Positions 47,244 through 56,873 of a stretch of 64,000 nucleotides of DNA are shown here, in pieces (the stretch's first letter is position 1; each line of letters opens with the position of its first letter). The DNA lies in the NCBI GenBank assembly GCA_018712915.1, contig DVGC01000027.1, positions 33,928 through 97,927 of the forward strand, written 5' to 3'. Source of the DNA: Candidatus Copromonas faecavium (nom. illeg.) (lineage in GTDB: Bacteria; Bacillota; Clostridia; Lachnospirales; Lachnospiraceae). The notes below the pieces were generated by a model, which saw only the letters and a list, made by a program, of their open reading frames with translations, ran no database searches and had not been told where the DNA came from. A program made the position numbers and the translations under genes.

Positions 47244-48596
47244 ATGAAACATTTGGACCTGACAGAGGGAAGCGTGGCAAAAAATCTTCTGTTATTTGCC
47301 GTCCCCTTCCTGATTGCCAATATTCTTCAGTCTCTTTACGGGGCCGTAGATTTGTTTGTAATCGGCCGCTATTGTACGGCAGCAAGCGTGGCGGCTGTTT
47401 CCACCGGAACTCAGGTAACCCAGATTGTTACCAGCCTGGTGACGGGACTGACTCTTGGAGGAACGATTTTGATTGGCCAGTACATGGGATGCAAAGATTA
47501 TGAGCAGGTGAAAAGGACCATTGGCACAACCTTAACCGTATTCCTGATTGTGGCCCTGATCCTTGCCGCTCTGATGCTCGGGTTTCTCCGTCCGCTTCTT
47601 ACGAATCTGAAAACGCCGGAAGAATCCTTTGAGCGGACCATGCAGTATGTGGCCATCTGCGCCCTGGGAAATCCCTTTATCTGCGGCTATAATGCCATCA
47701 GCGCCATTCTCCGGGGATACGGGGACTCCACCAGGCCCATGATGTTTGTCGGAATCGCCTGCGTGCTGAATATGATTCTGGACTTCGTTTTTGTCCGTTT
47801 TTTTGCCATGGATGTGGCCGGAACGGCGCTTGCAACAGTGATTTCCCAGGGAGTGAGCATGGGAATTGCCGTCTGGTATCTGAAAAAAAGCAAGTTCCTT
47901 TTCGACTTTCGCCTGAAAAATTTCCGTCCGGATCCGGAAACCTGCAAAAAACTGGCCCGAGTGGGAATTCCCATTTCCTTTCAGGAGCTGATTGTACGGA
48001 TTTCCTTTCTGTATCTGATGACGGTCATGAACAGCTGCGGCGTGTTTGCCGCTTCCGTGGTGGGAATCAGCAGCAAATACGATGTGTTTGCCATGCTGAC
48101 GGCCACGTCCATGGCCAGCGCCCTGGCGGCCATCACGGCTCAGAACATGGGAGCCGGGAAACCGGAACGGGCCAGAAAATCCCTCTGGATGGGCATGGGT
48201 TTTGCTCTTTTTGTGTCTGTTTTATTCTGGCTCTGGGCCCAGCTTGCACCGGACACCATGCTGCGGGTGTTTACCACCGATGAACAGGTGGTGGAGGCAG
48301 GCATTCCATTTTTCCGTTCCTGCAGCTATGACTATGTGCTGGTTACCATCGTTTTCTGCTTAAACGGATATTTAAACGGCAGACAGAAAACGGTCTGGAC
48401 CATGGTAAGCTGCAGTGCCGGTGCGCTCCTTGTCCGAATCCCCATGGTGTGGTTTTTCGGAACCCATTTTCCCGAGGATCTGGGAATGCTGGGAAGGATT
48501 GCCCCTGCAGTATCCGGCATCATGGCGGTCTACACTCTTTTTTATGTGATTTACGAAGGTCGAACGAATCGGGAAACAGGAATGGTTTCCCATTGA
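47244..48596 (+). CDS. MATE family efflux transporter
   Basis: It has 12 TM helices. The N-terminus LTEGSVAKNLLLFAVPFLIANILQSLYGAVDLFVIG is typical of MATE/NorM proteins. Confidence 0.85.
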   Translation: MKHLDLTEGSVAKNLLLFAVPFLIANILQSLYGAVDLFVIGRYCTAASVAAVSTGTQVTQIVTSLVTGLTLGGTILIGQYMGCKDYEQVKRTIGTTLTVFLIVALILAALMLGFLRPLLTNLKTPEESFERTMQYVAICALGNPFICGYNAISAILRGYGDSTRPMMFVGIACVLNMILDFVFVRFFAMDVAGTALATVISQGVSMGIAVWYLKKSKFLFDFRLKNFRPDPETCKKLARVGIPISFQELIVRISFLYLMTVMNSCGVFAASVVGISSKYDVFAMLTATSMASALAAITAQNMGAGKPERARKSLWMGMGFALFVSVLFWLWAQLAPDTMLRVFTTDEQVVEAGIPFFRSCSYDYVLVTIVFCLNGYLNGRQKTVWTMVSCSAGALLVRIPMVWFFGTHFPEDLGMLGRIAPAVSGIMAVYTLFYVIYEGRTNRETGMVSH

Positions 48597-48653
48597 TGGC
48601 GGAAATTCAGGTTCCGGAAACCGGATGTCAGGAACTGGAAACGGAGAGAGACA

Positions 48654-49580
48654 ATGACTTTTCTTGAGATTGAGGCATTCTTAAATATTGTTCAGTACGG
48701 GAGTTTCTCCGCAGCCGCGGAAAAGCTTTACATCACCCAGCCCGCTCTTGGACGGCGGATCCGGTCCCTGGAGGAGGAGCTGGGTTATTTATTATTTGTC
48801 CGCAACAAAGGTGTCCGCCATGTGGAGCTGACCAGGCAGGGACAGGCCTTTATCGGTATTGCCCACCGGTGGCAGGCGCTGTGGAATGAAACCCAGGAGG
48901 CGGCTCTTTTGGGCAATGAAAAAAGTCTGTATGTGGCCAGCGTGGGCAGTCTGGTGGCCTTCCTCCTTCCCACCGTGTTTCAGACCTTTATGAAGGAGCA
49001 GCCGGAATGCTGCCTTCATGTGACCACCCTCCATTCTGTCGATGCCTATTCCTATGTAAACAATCAGACTGTTGACATTGCGTTTATTACCGATCCCATG
49101 TACTCTTCCAGAGTGAAAACAACCATGCTGTTCCGGGAGGAATTATGCCTGGTGGTGGGAAAGGATCTGAACCTTCCGGAAAAATTAAAGATTTCCGAGC
49201 TGGATCCCCGGCAGGAAATCCGGACCCAGTGGGATCGGAATTTTGATGCCTGGCACACTTATTATTTCGGAAGCTCGGCCATCCCAAGAGTTTATCTGGA
49301 TGAAATGGGCTTTCTGCAGTATTTTGCCCAAAACGGAGATAACTGGGCCTTCATGCCAAGATCCATTGCAAAAAGCATGGTAAAAGACAGCCCCATTTCC
49401 ATTCATGAACTGGATGTAAAAATGCCGCAGCGAACACTTTACTATTTATACCGGGTGGAGGATCCGTCTCCTTATCAGGAAAAGCTGCTGACCTTATGCA
49501 AGGAAAAGCTGATGGGAGAGGAAGGGATTTCACTGGTAGGAGAAGAGCCGGCACAGGTTTGGGGCAGGAGAGGAATATAA
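48654..49580 (+). CDS. LysR family transcriptional regulator
   Basis: The N-terminal HTH is FLNIVQYGSFSAAAEKLYITQPALGRRIRSLEEELG, followed by a substrate-binding domain. Confidence 0.9.
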   Translation: MTFLEIEAFLNIVQYGSFSAAAEKLYITQPALGRRIRSLEEELGYLLFVRNKGVRHVELTRQGQAFIGIAHRWQALWNETQEAALLGNEKSLYVASVGSLVAFLLPTVFQTFMKEQPECCLHVTTLHSVDAYSYVNNQTVDIAFITDPMYSSRVKTTMLFREELCLVVGKDLNLPEKLKISELDPRQEIRTQWDRNFDAWHTYYFGSSAIPRVYLDEMGFLQYFAQNGDNWAFMPRSIAKSMVKDSPISIHELDVKMPQRTLYYLYRVEDPSPYQEKLLTLCKEKLMGEEGISLVGEEPAQVWGRRGI

Positions 49581-49649
49581 AAGAGACGGGCATACAGGAT
49601 TCGTCATTTCCGGTATCGCGGGTACTATGATATTTCGTAGGGGCCCTGC

Positions 49650-50908
49650 GGCCACGACAAACGCATGAGTAAATAAATTGTGAACAAATCTCCTTTTATG
49701 TGATATTCTGAAAATAAAAAGGAGATTTGTGCTGTGGAAGAATCGTTGGAGTGGATGGACTATATCGAAGATATACGTCAGGAAAAGAAAGTCCGCCATA
49801 AACTAAAGGACATTATCGTGATTGTTTTGTTTGCTGCACTGTCTAATGTAGACGACTGGGTGGAAATGGAGTTCTTTGCTCATTATCATGAAGAGTACCT
49901 GAAGAAATATATCGAACTCAAAAACGGGATCCCATCCCATGATACTCTTTGCCGTGTATTTGGGATGCTGTCTCCGGAAGTACTGCAGCAGTTATATCAG
50001 AAATGGCAGGAGCTTTTGAACAGAGATGAGGGAAAGGCATTAAGAAAACTGATCTGTATTGATGGGAAAACCATGCGCTCCAACAAGAGAAAAGACGGGA
50101 AGCCGAATCACATCCTGACCGCATGGAGCCGTGAAGATGGGTTCAGTCTGGGTCAGAAGGCAGTGGACGAAAAGAGCAACGAAATCACAGCCATTCCGGA
50201 GCTGTTGGAAAAAATCCGGATCAAAGGCCATGTAGTAACCATAGATGCGATGGGAACGCAGAAGGAGATCGCGGAGAAGATCCGAAAAAAGAAAGGGGAT
50301 TATGTTCTTGCGTTAAAAGAGAATCAAAAGACCCTGTATGAGGATGTAAGCCTGTTTTTTGGTGATGAGCAGGAGAAGGAGCAGCTGAAGGAAAGGGGAG
50401 CCTACTGTAAGACGATAGAAAAAGCCCATGGACAGATAGAGATCCGGGAGTATTACCAGACGGAGCAGATTGGGTGGCTGAGCCAGAAGAAGGAATGGGC
50501 AGGAATGAAAAGCATAGGGATGGAGGAAAAGACCATAAAGAGGGAAGGGAAGGAAAAGAAGGAATATCGATATTACATCAGCAGTCTGAAAGAAGATGAG
50601 AAGTTATTCAGCCGTGCGGTGAGAGGACACTGGAGTGTGGAAAGTATGCACTGGTATTTGGATGTGACCTTTAAAGAGGATGCGAACACAACGTTAGATA
50701 AGCAGGCGGCAGAAAATCTGAATATCATACGGAAATGGTGTATAAGCATTCTGAAAATGGTAGAAATTTTTCGTCCCAATCTGTCAATGAAAAAGAAACG
50801 ATTTGTGATCAGCATGAATCCGGAAGAGTTTTTGGAGCAGGTTTTGAATTTTTAAAAAGTCAATTTTTTTAATGAGGGAAGAAAAAGATTCATGCGTACG
50901 TCGCGGGG
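49650..50908 (+). mobile_element. ISAs1-family insertion sequence (about 1.26 kb) with imperfect terminal inverted repeats
   Basis: The transposase ORF is flanked by GGCCACGACAAACGCATGAGT (49650-49670) and the reverse complement of ATTCATGCGTACGTCGCGGGG (50888-50908). They match at about 15 of 21 positions. Confidence 0.65.
49734..50855 (+). CDS. ISAs1 family transposase (H-repeat-associated, DDE)
   Basis: The N-terminal DDE_Tnp_1_assoc-like region is HKLKDIIVIVLFAALSNVDDWVEMEFF. ICIDGKTMR, VTIDAMGTQKEIA and HWSVESMHWYLDVTFKED are also present. Confidence 0.85.
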   Translation: MEESLEWMDYIEDIRQEKKVRHKLKDIIVIVLFAALSNVDDWVEMEFFAHYHEEYLKKYIELKNGIPSHDTLCRVFGMLSPEVLQQLYQKWQELLNRDEGKALRKLICIDGKTMRSNKRKDGKPNHILTAWSREDGFSLGQKAVDEKSNEITAIPELLEKIRIKGHVVTIDAMGTQKEIAEKIRKKKGDYVLALKENQKTLYEDVSLFFGDEQEKEQLKERGAYCKTIEKAHGQIEIREYYQTEQIGWLSQKKEWAGMKSIGMEEKTIKREGKEKKEYRYYISSLKEDEKLFSRAVRGHWSVESMHWYLDVTFKEDANTTLDKQAAENLNIIRKWCISILKMVEIFRPNLSMKKKRFVISMNPEEFLEQVLNF

Positions 50909-51063
50909 TAGCAGTGTTTTATATTTACATTACGTTGCCTTTCGTTTACAATGAGGATAGCGCCTCTGTGGCGGAAGGACGCGTTTTTTCTCTGTACTCC
51001 AGCACTGCAGGCTGTATCCAACTTGTCCTGTGATCCAAACTTTATCTTTAAGAGGTGATTCAC

Positions 51064-52380
51064 ATGCCGCTTTCCATCGGTATTATAACCGCCAGTCAAT
51101 CTCTTAACAGCATCCGCTCAGCGGAGCAAGAGATGCGTAAACACGCAAAAATCACGTATCTTTCCTATCATACTTTATCAGAACTGTGCGATCTGTATTC
51201 CAAAAATTTTCATCGATTCGATGGTTTCCTGTTCAGCGGTCCCTTTCCAAGGGACTATATTTTAGAAAACATTGGGGCTATTACAAAGCCTTACCGCTGT
51301 TTTGATCTAAAAGACAGGGATTACTACCTGACTTTCGCACGTATCCTGGCACGCCATCCGGGAATTGATTTTTCACGGGTCTTTTTCGATGCTGAGATTG
51401 AGCTTGCGATCCTTCGGAACGTATTTCCTGAGGGGAAGGGTCCTCGTATGACCATGAACTATACGCCTTTGGAATATCGTGGTTTTTTGCGTACGGCCGT
51501 TTATGAAAGAGCTTTGGATACCTACCGGGAATTATGGTATCAGAAAAAATGTGATATTTTTGTGATTCGTTTTACCAACCTGGCAGAGCAGCTTGAGCGA
51601 GAGGGAATCCCCCATTTTTCTTTAAGACCATGCAAAGAAAGTATTTTGGATGATTTCCATGCGCTGATCGGTGATATCCGGGAATCCATGCTACAAAATT
51701 CATTGGTTGCCTGCTGCATCATTGAAATTCCAGAGGCTAGCCGGACGCTAGAAAATGAAGAGCTGCTTGAAAGTGCGTTAGATGTCTTTGGAAGGTCTCA
51801 AAACTGCAATATACTGGCTCGGAAAAATAGGGAGCATTTCGAAGTTATTACCTCCAATATGGAAGCCAGAAAGATTACCGATGAATACAAAACCTGCATG
51901 CTGTCTAGTGAATTGAATCAGAAGCTCCCTTTTCCAATTCGTATCGGATGGGGAATCAGCTTTGACGTCATTGATGCTTATAAAAACGCAAAAAAAGCGG
52001 TTCTTGCATGTCAGAAGAACCGCAATCATTATACTTATTTAGTTACAGAGTCACAGGAGATGGTTGGCCCATTAAACAGCAACCGTTCTATCAGCTATGG
52101 CTTGCAGCCCGATGCCCAAGTCAGTTTCCTTGCCAAGTCTCTGGGTATTTCACCGGTTAATCTTGAAAAGCTTGTTTCTCTGCAGAAAACACGGTATATG
52201 TACGAATTTACCTCCAGTGATCTCGTTTATTTCCTGGAAATTACGCCCAGAAGTGCTGCCAGAATTCTTTCCAAACTGGAAAAAGGGGGACTGGCCCGGC
52301 CTATCCGCAGTGTAAATTTAAGCGGGACCGGGCGGCCAACTATCGTTTATGAGGTGGATTTTCACACACTTTCAGACTGA
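51064..52380 (+). CDS. Putative transcriptional regulator of unknown family (C-terminal winged-HTH-like segment)
   Basis: An AGAGGTG RBS precedes the ATG at 51064. The C-terminal ITPRSAARILSKLEKGGLA resembles a wHTH. I did not recognise the N-terminal sensory part. Confidence 0.4.
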   Translation: MPLSIGIITASQSLNSIRSAEQEMRKHAKITYLSYHTLSELCDLYSKNFHRFDGFLFSGPFPRDYILENIGAITKPYRCFDLKDRDYYLTFARILARHPGIDFSRVFFDAEIELAILRNVFPEGKGPRMTMNYTPLEYRGFLRTAVYERALDTYRELWYQKKCDIFVIRFTNLAEQLEREGIPHFSLRPCKESILDDFHALIGDIRESMLQNSLVACCIIEIPEASRTLENEELLESALDVFGRSQNCNILARKNREHFEVITSNMEARKITDEYKTCMLSSELNQKLPFPIRIGWGISFDVIDAYKNAKKAVLACQKNRNHYTYLVTESQEMVGPLNSNRSISYGLQPDAQVSFLAKSLGISPVNLEKLVSLQKTRYMYEFTSSDLVYFLEITPRSAARILSKLEKGGLARPIRSVNLSGTGRPTIVYEVDFHTLSD

Positions 52381-53630
52381 GATCTTTTCCCGGCCATTTG
52401 GCAAGCTCTCATCAGGCACACGCCGCAAAGCACGGCAACTATCGTACAAAGGATCCACGCGATCAAATAGCTACCGGTTACATCGTATACTGCTGATATG
52501 GCCGGGTTGCTGATGGCGCTTGCAAGCAGCGTAAATACGGAGATCCTCCCATAAACAACACTGTACTGCTTTTGCCCGTAAATCCCGCCGATCAGAGAGG
52601 GAGCGAACATACTTTGTGTCGCCAGGCCGATGCCGAACATGAAAGAGAAAATTGCCAGCCAAATACCGCCAGGCATCAGAGCCGCTACAATCATAAAGAC
52701 ATAGCAGCCTACAGTGCCGATAATACCTAAAAATGTCCCTGCCCTCAGACCGAACCGGTCAAACAGTATTCCCATAATAATTTTGCCAAATACATTGATA
52801 AGGCTGTAAAAAGATACCATTTTTGCCGCCAGTTCCGCCGTATAACCCAACGACTGGATAAAAGCGGGAATATGGTAAAGGGCCACACAGCAAAAAGAAT
52901 TGCAGACCAGGCCGGCGGTAAGGAGCCAGAACCTGCGTTCCCTGTAAAAACATGTCACTTGTGTCGGCGAGCTTTCCTCCGCCTGCACATGTTTTGCTCT
53001 TGTCATTTTTCCATCTGGCGTGCTCGTTTCTTTTCGGGTTGCCGTTTTCTTTGGGTAATTCTTGACGATCAGCAGGCAAAGAGGGGCGTCGATGCACATG
53101 ATCACCAAGCCGATCACAATGTACGCTGTCCTCCATCCTTTGGCCATAATCAGCGATGTCAGGGGAGATGCAAACAGCACGCCTCCCATGCTGACACCCA
53201 CGAAGATAATGCTGGTGGCAAGGGAACGGTTTTCATTGAACCACCGGAGCATTAAAATGGAAAACGGGAGCGCCAGTGCAAAGGTGGACGCAGCCTGAAG
53301 CACCAGCGTCAGCGCATACAGCTGGTAGACATTGGCAGCAAAGCCTTCCCCAAAGATGCAGAGCCCGGAAATCAGGATCCCAAAAAACATATATTTCCGA
53401 ATGTCTTTATACGCAAGCAAATTCCCCGCGATGGGGGAAAGGAACAAGCCGGCAACAGAGCCTATGGTCATCGTCAGGGACAGCGCCGCCCTGCTGATCC
53501 CCAAATCTTCTGTGATGGGCACCACAAACAAGCCAAAACTATTGTAACAGGTATAATGCAGGGTGGACATAACCAGCGCCCCGTAGAGCACAATGGCCCA
53601 CCCGTAATTGAATGTTTTCCGTTTCTCCAT
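52362..53630 (-). CDS. MFS transporter
   Basis: It has 12 TM helices and the typical MFS loop after TM2. Its 3' end overlaps the convergent regulator gene by 19 nt. Confidence 0.85.
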   Translation of the reverse strand: MEKRKTFNYGWAIVLYGALVMSTLHYTCYNSFGLFVVPITEDLGISRAALSLTMTIGSVAGLFLSPIAGNLLAYKDIRKYMFFGILISGLCIFGEGFAANVYQLYALTLVLQAASTFALALPFSILMLRWFNENRSLATSIIFVGVSMGGVLFASPLTSLIMAKGWRTAYIVIGLVIMCIDAPLCLLIVKNYPKKTATRKETSTPDGKMTRAKHVQAEESSPTQVTCFYRERRFWLLTAGLVCNSFCCVALYHIPAFIQSLGYTAELAAKMVSFYSLINVFGKIIMGILFDRFGLRAGTFLGIIGTVGCYVFMIVAALMPGGIWLAIFSFMFGIGLATQSMFAPSLIGGIYGQKQYSVVYGRISVFTLLASAISNPAISAVYDVTGSYLIAWILCTIVAVLCGVCLMRACQMAGKRSQSESV

Positions 53631-53731
53631 AAAATCAAGTCCCCTTGTCTATATCATTTTAAGCAAGCCGGCTCCCGCCGTGCCGGGCCGCAGGGACCAG
53701 CAAGACGGGAGTCCATAAATTGCCTTTTTCA

Positions 53732-55024
53732 TTAATATGGCGGGAACATAAACCCAATCCATAGGATGTTAGCCAACGAAATAACCAGTGCCGGCAGCAT
53801 TCCCATTCGGATTAAGTCTTTCTGTTTATATCCGCCAACAGCCATACAGAGCGGGATGGAAACTGTTGACAGCGGAGTCAGGTACGACGTAAAGGTTGCT
53901 TTGAACAGCATGTTGTGAAGACCCGTCGGGTTCCAGCCATAGGTGGCACATGTGATCAGCACCACGGGAACCAGCGCGTTGTACAGGGCCATATTGGACA
54001 TGAACTGGGTCACAACAAATCCTACCATCCAGAACAGGATGATTACAAGCCACTTGGATGGGCTGTCGCCGAGGATGCTGGTAATCAGCTCCGCAAGGAA
54101 ATCTCCGGCGCCAGAAGCCACCAGCGCGTTGCCAACCGCCAGAGAACCGATGTACAGGAAGATCGGCGGCATATTCAGGGCTTCCATGGCTTCCTTTTCA
54201 GACAGGACACCGGTCACGATAGTCAGGACCGCGCCGATGAAGCAGATCATCCACGTGGGGATGGTCGCCGGGAGCTTTTCCGAAAACAGGATCGCGATAA
54301 CGACGGCGATGAAAATCCCATAGCCGCAGAACTCTTGAAACGGCGGCAGCGGCTTCTGCTCTTTCATCTGCCTAAGCTGTACATCCGTGTACAGGGAACC
54401 GTAATCCGGGGCCACCTTCGGGCAGTAGAACATAGCGAACAGAACCGACAGGATAATAGTTGGAAGATATACCAAAAACGGGTCAAACATACCCTCTTTA
54501 AAAGTAATCCCATACGTCTCCCAAAGAGAGTTCGTTGTAATATAGCTGGTTGCCCCAGATCCAATCGGGAGGGAAGTTACCGTACAGATACAGATCAGTA
54601 CGATGGAGAACATCGCCTTGGACGGGCTCTGGTTGTTTTTCCGGCAGAAATCTGCTACTAACGGATAGCAGATGGAGAAAATCAGGATCGCGGACGGAGC
54701 CACCTGGGCAATGGCCAGAGTGACAAGGCAGTACAGGATCATTCCTTTCTGGAAGCTGCCTCCAGACACCTTATATGCCAGATCCGTTACCTTGTGGACC
54801 ATCTGGGTACGGTTCAGGCCGCCGGCGACGATGAACATGGAACCCATGATGATAACAGAGGAATTGGAAAAGCAGCTTAAGGCCGCGGACGGTTCCAGAC
54901 AGCCGGTAATGACATAAATGCCCATGGCAGCCATGGATACCAGCGGAAGCGGGAACTTGTTAGACATATACAGTGCCAGAGTCACTATAAAGACAACCAG
55001 GCATATGACGGTCTGTGTCGTCAT
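53732..55024 (-). CDS. Anion permease of the SLC13/DASS-ArsB/NhaD superfamily
   Basis: It is a polytopic protein. The N-terminus VSMAAMGIYVITGCL...IIMGSMFIVAGGLNRT is typical of CitMHS/SLC13-like permeases. Confidence 0.7.
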   Translation of the reverse strand: MTTQTVICLVVFIVTLALYMSNKFPLPLVSMAAMGIYVITGCLEPSAALSCFSNSSVIIMGSMFIVAGGLNRTQMVHKVTDLAYKVSGGSFQKGMILYCLVTLAIAQVAPSAILIFSICYPLVADFCRKNNQSPSKAMFSIVLICICTVTSLPIGSGATSYITTNSLWETYGITFKEGMFDPFLVYLPTIILSVLFAMFYCPKVAPDYGSLYTDVQLRQMKEQKPLPPFQEFCGYGIFIAVVIAILFSEKLPATIPTWMICFIGAVLTIVTGVLSEKEAMEALNMPPIFLYIGSLAVGNALVASGAGDFLAELITSILGDSPSKWLVIILFWMVGFVVTQFMSNMALYNALVPVVLITCATYGWNPTGLHNMLFKATFTSYLTPLSTVSIPLCMAVGGYKQKDLIRMGMLPALVISLANILWIGFMFPPY

Positions 55025-55070
55025 GAAAAATCCTCCTCTCTTTTAAATCATTTCTTGTAATCACGCATGC

Positions 55071-56450
55071 TTATTTTTTCGTAGAAATAATTCTCGGTTT
55101 TACCCCTTTCGGGATCGGGCACTCGTATTTTCCGCCTTTTAAGCGCCTATTGTGCTCCTCTTTGGCCTTGGCGAGAAGCTCCGGTTTTTCGATCAAATCG
55201 ATGGCAAGGCCTGCCATAGCCTGTCCGGCCGCCAGCGTCGCCTTGTGGGCCAGGGCGCTCTTCCCAACCGCCACCGCCTGCCAGGAATGGGCCGGCGTGC
55301 CGATCGGCCATGTGGGAGTCCCGATGGAAACCGTGGGCGCCACCCAGCTTACATCTCCCACGTCGGAAGACGCCGGGAACACTTCGTCCGACGGCTGGTA
55401 ATCCGGGATCTCTTCGGCCACAGGATGTTCCGGGTTGCCGCCCTTGTTGGTGGCAGAGATCTTGGCGTAAAATTCCATTTCTTCTTCTGTATATTTCGGC
55501 AGCTCCAAAAGCCGCATATTTTCCACAGCCGCATACCCCATGGCGTCATTGGGAACCACATTGGAGCACGCTTTCACAAAATCAATCTCCAGCTCCGTCC
55601 CGGTCATCAGGGCGGCGCCCCGCGCAATGTCTTCCACACGGGCGCGGACATCCGCTAAAATCACATTATCCGGGGCACGCAAAAGTGTCAGGACCTCCGC
55701 CGTAGGCTGGACTACGTTGGGTGAAAAGCCGCCGGTATCCGTTACCGCGTAATGCATTCTCACCGATGGCAGGACATGCTCACGCAAAAACTGGATCCCC
55801 ACGTTAAACAGCGTAACGGCGTCCAGAGCGCTGCGCCCTAAATGAGGCGACATGGCCGCATGGGAGCTGACCCCTTTATACCGGAAGTAAATCTGGCAGT
55901 TGGCCAGCATTCCGCCGCCGGAACAATTATATTTATCGCTGGGATGCCAAGCGATGGCCGCGTCCAGCGCGTCAAAACAGCCTTCCCTCGCCATAAAGGC
56001 CTTTCCGGAGCCGCCTTCTTCCGCCGAGCAGCCGAAGTAAATCACGGTGCCTTCTTTCCCGGTCTCTTCCAGATATTTTTTCATGCCCATGGCACCTGCC
56101 AGACAGCCGGTCCCCAACAAGTTGTGCCCGCAGCCGTGGCCATTTCCACCGGGTACCAGCGCTTCTTTTTCCGCAATGCCTGCTTTCTGGCTCAGCCCGG
56201 ACAGCGCGTCAAACTCGCCAAGAAAGCCGATGACCGGCTTGCCATGTCCATAAGTCCCTGTAAACGCCGTGGCAATCCCTGCCACGCCGCGTTCCACCGT
56301 AAAGCCGGCTGCTTCCAGCGCCTTGCAGAGGGTTTCCGCCGAGGCAGTTTCCTCAAAACAGGTTTCTGGAGTTTCCCAAATTGAGTCGCTGACCTTCGCC
56401 AAAAAGTCCTGCTGGTCAGCCAAATAAGAGAATATCTCCTGCTTATTCAT
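55071..56450 (-). CDS. abgB: M20 family amidohydrolase, AbgB (p-aminobenzoyl-glutamate hydrolase subunit B)-like
   Basis: It carries GHGCGHNLLG, FGCSAEEGGSGK and AHSWQ motifs. A GGAGGG RBS precedes the ATG at 56450. Confidence 0.8.
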   Translation of the reverse strand: MNKQEIFSYLADQQDFLAKVSDSIWETPETCFEETASAETLCKALEAAGFTVERGVAGIATAFTGTYGHGKPVIGFLGEFDALSGLSQKAGIAEKEALVPGGNGHGCGHNLLGTGCLAGAMGMKKYLEETGKEGTVIYFGCSAEEGGSGKAFMAREGCFDALDAAIAWHPSDKYNCSGGGMLANCQIYFRYKGVSSHAAMSPHLGRSALDAVTLFNVGIQFLREHVLPSVRMHYAVTDTGGFSPNVVQPTAEVLTLLRAPDNVILADVRARVEDIARGAALMTGTELEIDFVKACSNVVPNDAMGYAAVENMRLLELPKYTEEEMEFYAKISATNKGGNPEHPVAEEIPDYQPSDEVFPASSDVGDVSWVAPTVSIGTPTWPIGTPAHSWQAVAVGKSALAHKATLAAGQAMAGLAIDLIEKPELLAKAKEEHNRRLKGGKYECPIPKGVKPRIISTKK

Positions 56451-56674
56451 ATCTTTCCCTCCTCGTATTTGCAGTATATTTCCCTTTTTTAAGATTGTGG
56501 CCACTGATTGATTCTTATTTTGGGATCTGTGTTTTATTTTGTCGTTTTATATTGATGTTTGAAATATAGCATTTTCGCAAAAAATTATCAATAATTATGG
56601 GAAATATATTTAAAATTAGTGGATAATATCCAAAAAAGCATATTTTTTTCTAACAATAACAGCCGTAGCTGACG

Positions 56675-56720
56675 TTATTATGTCCTTAACTTTGCATATG
56701 TCCTTATTATGTCCTTAACT
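56675..56720. repeat. Clustered direct repeats: TTATTATGTCCTTAACT twice, plus a third TATGTCCTTA core
   Basis: The exact 17-mer occurs at 56675-56691 and 56704-56720. The 10-nt core occurs again at 56697-56706. The cluster lies about 230-270 nt upstream of the abgB-like gene start. Confidence 0.7.
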
Positions 56721-56873
56721 ATGTCTGAATTGCTCTTTTAACAACCTCTAACAGTAAGAAACTACGAAATAGTAACAAAAAAAGAATCTGTGAAAAACGA
56801 ATTCACGTTTAGAAATGGCGTTTGTGGTAAGAAGATCAATTTTACTTTTATATTTGGAAAGTTTAGCGTTGTT

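Noticed and set aside
53915-54661. 248-aa plus-strand ORF, plus similar ORFs at 55152..55658 and 55842..56384
   Set aside because: They are antisense to confidently assigned permease and M20 hydrolase genes. They are Arg/His/Gly-rich artefacts of the GC-rich opposite strand.
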